In this document: positions 33,301-43,329 of the stretch, one piece after another
Position numbering within the stretch: position 1 is the stretch's first letter
Layout of the letters: each line of letters begins with the position of its first letter
Assembly (NCBI RefSeq): GCF_009914755.1
Contig: NC_060934.1
Origin: the human T2T-CHM13v2.0 reference genome, Homo sapiens
Length of the DNA: 64,000 bases
Reading direction: 5' to 3' (one strand)
Notes under the pieces: generated by a model
The model's database searches: none
What the model was told of the DNA's origin: nothing
Seen by the model: only the letters and a program-made list of their open reading frames with translations
Translations under genes and position numbers: made by a program

Positions 33301-34526
33301 GGAGACTGCCTTGTAATCCATTAACCATTTGTCTACTGCAGGGCTTTAAAAAAGCCAGCATCACAACACCCAAAGTCAGAAAAGAAAAAGGGGGTTCTTT
33401 GGAAAATTCATGGTCTCAGAATGCATGTTTAATGGATTTGACTCCAAGTGAATTCTCTGGGCCAGAAAAAGACAAGTGGGCTTTCTGGAGGCCCTAGGAA
33501 ATGTCTCAGGTTGCTCTCTGGGTTACCAGCAAAGGAGTTTCCCAAGCAAGGCTGGCCTGTTGCACCTGGCAGCCCTTGGCATTCTGAGGGTTCCAAGGCC
33601 ACCTTTTCATTCGGTTCTTCCCCACTGAAATGGGCCCAAGAAGGCTTACTTATATTTGCAAGTTTCCGTGACTTGCTCAGAGGGTCGTTTTTACCTTATA
33701 TCCATTTGGAGAGGTGTAAATGTAATATTAAGGATTCTGAGAGTCACACATGCCGTAAGTTGACTTATTGATTGGGGGGGGGGGTGCAGGAGGAGTAGGA
33801 GAGAAGTAAGAAAAGTGGGGATAAGAAGATAGGGTGGTCATGAAGGGGACAGAGACAGTTTTTGCTCATGAGGGCTGAGAATTAAATTCAGAAGTCTTTA
33901 TTCTTTCAGTTGATTTAGAAGGTAATTAACTGGATTGATGACTCCAAATTGGACCTAGAAAGGATTGTCAGCAGTGTTCTTAGCACCTTGGGAGTGAGAA
34001 GCAGTGAGGCTGTTTTACTGCCCTGAGTCGAAATGAAACCTCGTATCAGCCCCCATTTCCTTATAAATGGAGGAGGTTCCAGCTAGAATCCTGCTTAGAG
34101 CAGATGGGCTGGGGAAGAAGCCACTTCAGGAGCATGTCTTCTCGCCAATTAATGAAATTTTGGGTAATCACATCTTCCTTTTAGATAAACAAGAGAGAAA
34201 ATAGCCTTTGTTTTCTGGAGGGATTTGGTTAGTATTTGCCAGATGCTAGACACTTTCTTTCACAGTTTAATCTGCTTCTGATAGACACAAAAAGTTAATC
34301 ATTGCCTCTGAAAGAGTTCTTTTTAGAGGTTTGTATGTGTGTACAGCCCCTTTCTATTCTAAATCTGTTTGCTGGTTTTGCTCAATTTTTAATGACCAGA
34401 ATCTGTACTGGCTTATTTTTTTTCTTAACTGTGTAACACTCAGAGTATTGATTAACTATGGGTATTTTTGACAGCGTGAGAAATTGATGCTTACCATCTG
34501 TCTCACCTTTTTGTTTGTTTTTGTAG

Positions 34527-34675
34527 GGGGATATGAGACTTTCTACTCGGAATATCCTGAGTGTTGCGTGGATGTAAAACCCATTTCACAAGAGAAGATT
34601 GAGAGTGAGAGAGCCCTCATCAGCCAGTGTGGAAAACCAGTGGTAAATGTCAGCTACAGGCCAGCTTATGACCAG
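34527..34675 (+). CDS. DUSP5: DUSP5 exon 2 CDS (linker)
   Basis: Pyrimidine tract + TAG acceptor; GGYETFYSEYPECC...RPAYDQ; donor CAG|GTACG; 149 nt (cumulative 528). Confidence 0.97.
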
Positions 34676-37600
34676 GTACGTGATGTGATGGGGAAGAGGT
34701 ATCCTGAGTGGTATTCTGGGCTCCTGTCTCCCTTCCTTCCTCAGCACCTGACTGTTCTCTCCCCACTCAGCAATGATGGTTAGTTCTTTTGTGGATCAGG
34801 GTGTTGGCAAAATCCCCTGGCTTTAGGGAGCTTCTGTTGCTTGCCAGCTTGAGCTTCCATCCAAGAGTAAATGGGCTTCCTTCCAGCAAACGAGCTGACA
34901 AGAGCAAACCAGCCACAGGATGCTTGGCAGCTTCTGGGGAAAAGGGGAAGTGAAAGATACATTATTGTCATCTGGCTTCGGAGGTTCAGAGAAGCTTTGA
35001 AATACTGGTCTAGGTTTCCCTGAAGACATTTCAGAGTTGACTTTCAGGCTTCCTGTGTTGCTTTTCTTTGTAATTGTTCATGCTCTGCAGTTTCTGCAAA
35101 CCATCCCGGTACCTGTCAAGGTGTGTCTTATTGGTATGTTTAACTGAAACTGGTGTTGGTGGGGGTGCTACAGAGAAAGTCCTGTTTGGGTGGCTAAGTA
35201 GGCTCCTCTAAGGGGTTCTTATGCTTACAATTCCACAGATAACTGAAACCAGAGGAAATCAAAAGATACTAGAGGGCTTCATGTTTCTGTAAACTAGTGA
35301 GTTTTTGTTTTTCTTCTAAAAATGAGTGCTTTGTGATAACTCATTAAAGGGAAAAATAAAGTGGAAGGGGGTTACGTAGCACCATCCAGGAAGATGAAAA
35401 AGCAGGTGAGAATCCAAATCTGGCAGAAGCCAGAGATCAAAACCTAACCATTTTACGGAAGGGAAAAGAAGTGTTCTGTGACAAGTGAGATGATTGATTT
35501 TGCAGAGTCCTACAGCTGGTTCAAGGCAGCATCAGGCTCAGAACCCCTTTCTCTCAGCTCCCTGTTGTGATTATTTCAGGACCTTGTTCTGTTTTCCACA
35601 TGGCCTCTAATCTAGACACCTGACCTGGTGGGAGTAACCTTTCAAACTTTTCACATAAACCAAGAACATACCCAAATCATAAGAAGAAAGATTGCTAGAT
35701 GCTAAAATGCCAGCTCCCTGCCATGAACAAAACCCTGTCCCTGGGGATAAACTTCAAAGTAAAGCCAGATGACCTTTTCTTGAACGGGCTCCTTGGTCAG
35801 GAATCCTATTAGCTTGTCCAGATGCCAGGGTTAGGATTTTGTTTGTTTTCCTTTAATAAACATCCTTACAGTATATGACGAGCCTGTGGCTTTCAAGCTG
35901 TGGACATCTGGCCTAGCTAGATTTCTACTTTTGTTTGTTTGTTTGGGTTGTGTTTTCCCCCCATTTCTCAGAAAGTGAAAGAGAAATAAGAATTGGCAGA
36001 ATGTTGCGAAAGCACGGCACATCTTTGGCCAAGTGAGGGGTGAGAAAGCCCTGATGTGTCTTCAAGATTCATCTGGGGAACCCCCTAATGCTACTTCTTA
36101 GAAATGCTTCTGCATTTAGAGCAGCCAGATGAGGTTGTGTTAACTTTTGGGGTTTCTGAAGGCCTTTGGCTTCTTCCTCTTGGTCTAAACAGAAGTTCAA
36201 AAAGGGAAAGAAATGTAGTTTCAGGGGTGTGTTGGGCTGAGCTCCAAAAGAAACTGGATAGGATCCCAGGTCTGGTGTATCAGCAATTTCCAGGCACTCA
36301 GGAGAGGAAGAGATCTTGAGTCAACCATCCAGCCTGCTCCTTAAAGGGCGAGCCTGTTAGTGTCCATTGGTGGGGACCCATAAGTCATCAGTGGCCACGT
36401 GAATCTGGACTTGGAACTCTGACTCCTTTCCAAAGAACTTTGTACCACCTCTGCTGTTTTCCTGGTTTCTAGCTGGTGGGGATGCTGTGCCCAGGGAGTG
36501 GGTCCAACTCAGGTCAGGACTAGACCTGCTTGGATTGCCTAAAAACCTGTGTCTTCCCCATGGAGAGAAGCCATGTTCTGTTCATTCTTCAATCTCTATG
36601 ACAGTGGCAGCTATGTGACGTGCCAGGTTTTAATGCATTCATTATCCCATTTACACCTTACCAATTATCCAGAGAGGATAGGTATTATCCCCAGTTTAGA
36701 GACAAAGGGTCATAGATTAAAGAAGCTATCCAAGATCACATCAGGTAGTAAGCATGGAGCTCTGGAACTTAACCAAGAGCTCCGCTGTCTGACGCCCAAG
36801 CCCAGGTTGTTAACCACTGCACCACTTTGCCACCAGGAAGGCTGCTCTGTACGCATGGAAGTTTGGGAGGTTTCGAGGAGGTGATGCAGATGGACATTTT
36901 ATCTCTAGAGGAAGAGAGGAAAGAGGGAATTTTTTCCTTCCTGTCTTTACCTGAAATACTTACTTTCTCATATTGATCACTATTGAAATGGAGTCAGACA
37001 AGGCCTTGCATCTCATGCTACGCAATCAGTTTTGGGTTTCAGCCCAGCTCTACCACTGACTAGCTCTGACTTGGACAAGTTATTAAATGCATCTGAGCCT
37101 CAAGTTGCCCATCCGTAAAATGGGAATAATGTTACCTACCTCACAGATTTTGTGAAATTGGTATGATGTAGGCACATCTAAATGGTTAAGCCCCCAGAGG
37201 CCAGCCATAGTAGATGCTGATAAAAATACCAGTTGTTATTACCGTATGTAAAATCTTGTGTAATTTTCTTTCAAGTGACTGAACTGGCCTTTGCTTAAAC
37301 ACTTGACTTCTCAGGAAACAAAAAGCTAACTCCGGGTGTGGGGTAAATTGAGAATTGCCTGTGGCTGGCCCCTGTCCCACGCACCCTTCCCTGTTAGGGA
37401 TCTGGCTGAGAGTTTCCATTCCGTTCTTATTCCAGGGCAGGAAATGGAAACACAGGAAGCAGATGGTTGGCATGGGAAAGGCTCCCAAAGACACAGCCAC
37501 TGTCACCCAGCCCCTTGTTTCCCTCTCAGTCTCTAAGGGCTCCCATTTTTCCAACCATCACTAGCTTTTCTGCCACCTTCAGAGCCCTGTAAATGCTGTG

Positions 37601-37834
37601 ACTGCCAGAGTCTAACCAGCGGTTCATTTTAGTTTTGCCTCAAGGTGGATGGTCTCTGGTTCCCCCTTGACTAGAAATCTGGGGTGTGGGTAGCCTCCCA
37701 AAAGGATGGCTCTGTAAGCGGGTCTCACCAGCACCTTCAACAAACCCCCGTGTGAAGAAGGTCAGAGGCAGGGAAGCCCCTCTGCTTGTGGCCTGACAAC
37801 ATTTTTTATCTAAAGATTCTGAGTAGGTAGTGGT

Positions 37835-37947
37835 TATTTTCATTTCTAAAAAGCATACTTTTTTGTGGAGGTGGAGGTGCATTTTAACATCTCTAAAACC
37901 TGGGTGCATCTTAGGATCAACAGTGTCTTAGGTTTGATGAAATACAC
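37835..37947. mobile_element. MER104-like (TcMar) fragment in intron 2
   Basis: CATTTTAACATCTCT...GCATCTTA...GTCTTAG.TTTGATGAAATAC. Confidence 0.5.
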
Positions 37948-37952
37948 CATAT

Positions 37953-38257
37953 AGGCTAGGCTTGGTAGCTCATGCCTATAATCCCAGCACTTCAGGAGGC
38001 TGAGGTAGGAAGATCGCTTGAGGCCAGGAGTTGAAGACCATTCTGGGCAACATAGCAAGAACTCATCTCTACCAAAAAAATTATAAAATTAGCCAGGCAT
38101 GGTGGTACATGCCTGTAGGCCCAGCTACTCGGGAGACTGAGACGGTAGGATCTCTTCAGCGTAGGAATTCAAGATTACAGTGAGCTATGATTGTGCCGCT
38201 GCACTGCAGCCTGGGTGACGGAGCAAGACTCTGTCTTTCCAAAAAGGAAAAAAAAAA
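37953..38257 (+). mobile_element. AluJ-like in intron 2 (only Alu in the gene)
   Basis: Alu; TSD AAATACAC(C/T)AT. Confidence 0.88.
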
Positions 38258-38740
38258 TACACTATGTAAAATGTCAAGGCTGTAAAGGAGGACACACACC
38301 ATGTTGAGTCCTGGTCCATTTTATCTGTAAAGAAAGCAAGACTGTCCCAAGGCATAGGAGATTGCCCTGGTACTCTCAGGGCAGCTGTAACTTCAACACA
38401 GGCCTGTCAATTTTTCCCATATTACCACATGGCTTCTCATCCTTGTCAGCGCAGGAAGGCTGTCGGCATATCCTGCCTCCTGGATATGTGCAAAAAAGTG
38501 AACTCTTTGCTGTGTGGATTTTGCTGTCATTGAGTCACAAGGCAGTCACATAAGGTAGAGAGTTGGCCAGGATGGAGATACAACCACACTTGGTTGAACT
38601 GCCCTGGCTCTGAACTCCACTTGGAAACCAGAAAGGGAACCACCCATCTTAAGAAACAAATAGGTCGGAGTTGTTTTTTCCTCTCTCAAATGAACAAGCT
38701 AATCCAATATTTCCTGATTGTCCTTTGTCCCTGCATCCAG

Positions 38741-38960
38741 GGTGGCCCAGTTGAAATCCTTCCCTTCCTCTACCTTGGAAGTGCCTACCATGCATCCAAG
38801 TGCGAGTTCCTCGCCAACCTGCACATCACAGCCCTGCTGAATGTCTCCCGACGGACCTCCGAGGCCTGCATGACCCACCTACACTACAAATGGATCCCTG
38901 TGGAAGACAGCCACACGGCTGACATTAGCTCCCACTTTCAAGAAGCAATAGACTTCATTG
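38741..38960 (+). CDS. DUSP5: DUSP5 exon 3 CDS (N-terminal part of phosphatase domain, general acid D232)
   Basis: CAG acceptor; GGPVEILPFLYLGSAYHAS...WIPVEDSHTADISSHFQEAIDFI; donor G|GTAGG; 220 nt. Confidence 0.98.
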
Positions 38961-41825
38961 GTAGGTTTAGCCATTCCCCTTCAGTTATTTTGGGAGCCCC
39001 TTTGGGGCATGTGTTCTTGACTTTTGATGCCCTGATGGAAGCTACCTTCACTGAAAGAAAAGTGTCTTGTATATGCCGCTGCTGAGAGTTGGAGCCAACA
39101 TGGGATGCAGCTACCAAAAAGGTGGAAGGGAGGATTTAAGTTGCTATGAATAGGAGCTTTAATTTGCAAGATAAATGAATTAATATAATTTTATGGCAGT
39201 ACTCACTGTCGATCTTGTTATTGTTTCTAGCTGGGCAGGAGCTGAGTGTATCCCTGCGTAATGCTCCACACAAGGAAAGCAGGGGGAAGAACCTCCCTAA
39301 CTGTGCTTCTACGTAGGTTGGGTTTATTTTTAAAAGCAAACAGAAGGATTCAGAGAGCACTACTTACGCACTGAGCCCCAAGGGCCCCCAGCAGCTTTCC
39401 ATACTCTTGGTGAACGGCTTGGGGCAATTTGTTTTGCATTTTCAGCTAATTTTGGATTAAAGATAGCACTTGACTCAAGCTCCATGCTGTATGCACAGAA
39501 AAGTTGGCATCTTTTGCCTGCTTTCTGCATTCTTGTTACGCAGTTATTTATTCCATTGCATAGACCTGAAAACCGAGGCCTTGGCCTCTGGTCCCTCTGC
39601 CAGGAAAGGGCTGTGGCCTTAGGGTTTCCAGGTCCTCTGTGTTGCCTGGATTGTTCTCCCATTTGGCATCTTCTCCTCCCCCATCCATCTTCCTAGGAGG
39701 CTGGCCTGACTTTTTTCTGTTTCAGATTTGCAAGTACCAGTCTCTAACCTTGTGATCATGCCCCGTTTTCCAGCTCCCATCTTCCTCTTTAACATACGTA
39801 GTTGTTGAAACTGACGCGTGATTTTCCTGTCTCTTGTTCCAAGGGATGTTGGAAGAGGAAAGGCAGGTGTTAGCACAGCAATAATTACTTAGTGCAGATA
39901 GCAATTAAAGGTCCCCCTTGAGCCACATAGTGGCCCTCTGTTCACCACACAATTTCTGCTCCCCAGGAAACCCTGACGAGAAACTCATCAGAGGCAAAAG
40001 GCCGAGCCTGTCCTGCTTGTCCCCTGAGCCTCTGGGCTGAAATGATTCCTTTGGAGCTTGAAAGGCAGCCAAATGATGGGTTCAGGGTGGGAAACCCTTG
40101 ACTTGTTCTCCCTGTCCCTGGGAATGCCTTGCCCTTCTCAGCCTGTTATTTAATTACCTGGGTAGCTACTTCATGAGGTCATGAAACACGCCCCCATCCA
40201 GTTCTCAGAACCCTCCCTCCCCATCCTGTGTGTGTATTGTGTCTGTGTACGCACAATCCACAAACCCACAGCAGTTTGAAAGCACAGGATGCTTTTTCTC
40301 CGATTGCTTGCCCTGCTAATGGAAGGAGAGACTGGGTCTCCCCAGTGAGCCATGTGCTGAATATATGCTGACCCCTTCCAAGGGAAGAGGGCCATGTGGA
40401 AGGCAGGCTCCGAGGTGTCGAGTGGGCTCCAGAGGCAATACACTCTGGACCCTTTGCATTCTTGGATGTGGCACTAGGCCAGTTAAAAGCTAAACTTTGA
40501 AGGAGGCCAACAGAGGAGCGAAGGGAGATAGGAGCCCGACTCTGTAATTCTAGGGACTTGGGGGTCTCCCCTTTGAACTAATTTAAAGAGACTGTTTTGT
40601 TGTTTCTTTTGAGTCAGACTGAATTGGAGGACACCCCTATTGAACTGCTTTGGGGTATGCTGTGGGGTTTTTGTTCAGATGGGGAAACTCTAGGATTCCT
40701 CCCTGATGCCTCAGAAATTTTATCTTTTAGATCTTGCAGATTGATTTGCATACTTTGACCTTGGGGCAGGGAAGTGGAGGGTGGTAAGGGGAATGACTTT
40801 TTCTTTTGGCCCTTCAAAATCGTAAATGTTTTTGCGTATTGTAGCCTGCGTAGTGCCAGCTACATCTAACTTCCTGTGATGTAATTGTTTCCTCACTAGC
40901 AAGAGAGGGAATTGGAAAGACTGTATTTTTTGTGGATTTGATGTGTACGTATCTTTAACCTTTCACCCCTTCCCATTTTTAATAGTTGTAGCTGGTTTTC
41001 TGGGGGCAGGGGGCTGGGAGGTAGAACAGGAAGGGAGGCATCCTCCCCTTTTTGTCATATTGAGCTAAAGAATGCTAACTGATGGTGGTAGCTTTATAGC
41101 AGCGACTCCCATTGTTGAGCAAGATGGAATTTGTGAAAGCCATTTATATCCTCCGTCTAGTAGGCGTCACTTAGCCAGGGCTATAATTAGTGGCCATGCG
41201 CTATTTATTGTGTGTTTGGTGGTGAGAACCCTGGGAGCTGAGCCAAGCATCCTGCCCTGGCACAGCCAGACAGGGTGCCCGGAGAGACCGGAAGGCCTCT
41301 ACCAGGATCGGGGTTAGGTTGTTACCCTTAGAATCAGACCTGGAGAGACAAGAGTTGCTTCTCCAAGTCAGTCTTTGAGCCTGGGATGCTCTCCTTAGAA
41401 AAATGTATGTGCCCAATAAAAATGTGCACAATTTCAAGGATTTTCCAGTGCCCTCTTGGAACCATCAGTGGAACCTAGGTTAAGATGGCATCCCCAGGAA
41501 GGGACTGCTCCAGGTCCATCGCCTCCAGAGGCACAATCTGCAAGTATCTTGGGAACTGTAAAGCTTCTGTGTGCTTATGTCTCTTGTGACAATAGCTGCT
41601 GTAAACTGTAAAGGTCCTACTTGGGGATAGTCTTTGCTGGGACCCCAAAAGCTCTATCCTCACCAGTGGGGATTAAAGACTGGCAGAAGTGTAGTGTAGG
41701 GCCGTGGCTCTTAGGCAGGCACAACAGTTTCATATCTAGGTTACTCCAGTGTTTGATTCTTGTGTTTTGCCATTGCCCTTAGATTCTAATCCCAACTCAC
41801 TCCCACCATCTTTTCTTCCTTCCAG

Positions 41826-42232
41826 ACTGTGTCAGGGAAAAGGGAGGCAAGGTCCTGGTCCACTGTGAGGCTGGGATCTCCCGTTCACCCACCATCTGCA
41901 TGGCTTACCTTATGAAGACCAAGCAGTTCCGCCTGAAGGAGGCCTTCGATTACATCAAGCAGAGGAGGAGCATGGTCTCGCCCAACTTTGGCTTCATGGG
42001 CCAGCTCCTGCAGTACGAATCTGAGATCCTGCCCTCCACGCCCAACCCCCAGCCTCCCTCCTGCCAAGGGGAGGCAGCAGGCTCTTCACTGATAGGCCAT
42101 TTGCAGACACTGAGCCCTGACATGCAGGGTGCCTACTGCACATTCCCTGCCTCGGTGCTGGCACCGGTGCCTACCCACTCAACAGTCTCAGAGCTCAGCA
42201 GAAGCCCTGTGGCAACGGCCACATCCTGCTAA
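41826..42232 (+). CDS. DUSP5: DUSP5 exon 4 CDS (catalytic HCEAGISRS loop, C263; C-terminal S/T-P sites)
   Basis: CAG acceptor; VLVHCEAGISRSPTICMAYLM...SPNFGFMGQLLQYE...ATSC, TAA ends 42232; total CDS 1155 nt = 384 aa. Confidence 0.98.
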
Positions 42233-42543
42233 AACTGGGATGGAGGAATCGGCCCAGCCCCAAGAGCAACTGTGATTTTTGTTTTTAAGACTCATGGACA
42301 TTTCATACCTGTGCAATACTGAAGACCTCATTCTGTCATGCTGCCCCAGTGAGATAGTGAGTGGTCACCAGGCTTGCAAATGAACTTCAGACGGACCTCA
42401 GGGTAGGTTCTCGGGACTGAAGGAAGGCCAAGCCATTACGGGAGCACAGCATGTGCTGACTACTGTACTTCCAGACCCCTGCCCTCTTGGGACTGCCCAG
42501 TCCTTGCACCTCAGAGTTCGCCTTTTCATTTCAAGCATAAGGC

Positions 42544-42549
42544 AATAAA
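42544..42549 (+). terminator. Candidate proximal polyadenylation signal AATAAA
   Basis: Canonical hexamer about 310 nt after the stop; weak downstream GU element. Confidence 0.4.
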
Positions 42550-43323
42550 TACCTGCAGCAACGTGGGAGAAAGAAGTTGCTGGACCAGGAGAAAAGGCAG
42601 TTATGAAGCCAATTCATTTTGAAGGAAGCACAATTTCCACCTTATTTTTTGAACTTTGGCAGTTTCAATGTCTGTCTCTGTTGCTTCGGGGCATAAGCTG
42701 ATCACCGTCTAGTTGGGAAAGTCACCCTACAGGGTTTGTAGGGACATGATCAGCATCCTGATTTGAACCCTGAAATGTTGTGTAGACACCCTCTTGGGTC
42801 CAATGAGGTAGTTGGTTGAAGTAGCAAGATGTTGGCTTTTCTGGATTTTTTTTGCCATGGGTTCTTCACTGACCTTGGACTTTGGCATGATTCTTAGTCA
42901 TACTTGAACTTGTCTCATTCCACCTCTTCTCAGAGCAACTCTTCCTTTGGGAAAAGAGTTCTTCAGATCATAGACCAAAAAAGTCATACCTTCGAGGTGG
43001 TAGCAGTAGATTCCAGGAGGAGAAGGGTACTTGCTAGGTATCCTGGGTCAGTGGCGGTGCAAACTGGTTTCCTCAGCTGCCTGTCCTTCTGTGTGCTTAT
43101 GTCTCTTGTGACAATTGTTTTCCTCCCTGCCCCTGGAGGTTGTCTTCAAGCTGTGGACTTCTGGGATTTGCAGATTTTGCAACGTGGTACTACTTTTTTT
43201 TTCTTTTTGTCTGTTAGTTATTTCTCCAGGGGAAAAGGCAATAATTTTCTAAGACCCGTGTGAATGTGAAGAAAAGCAGTATGTTACTGGTTGTTGTTGT
43301 TGTTCTTGTTTTTTATAGTGTAA

Positions 43324-43329
43324 AATAAA
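43324..43329 (+). terminator. Distal polyadenylation signal AATAAA
   Basis: U-rich upstream element and GU-rich downstream sequence (TGTTGTTGGTG about 43359). Confidence 0.85.

Noticed and set aside
34553-34711. TATCCTGAGTG repeated in exon 2 and early intron 2
   Set aside because: Only 11 bp, with no flanking homology or TSD; could be chance
42443-42743. Small 3'UTR hairpins (AGCACA-GCA-TGTGCT; CCCTACA-GGGTT-TGTAGGG)
   Set aside because: 6-7 bp stems are common, and the loops do not fit Roquin CDE or IRE consensus
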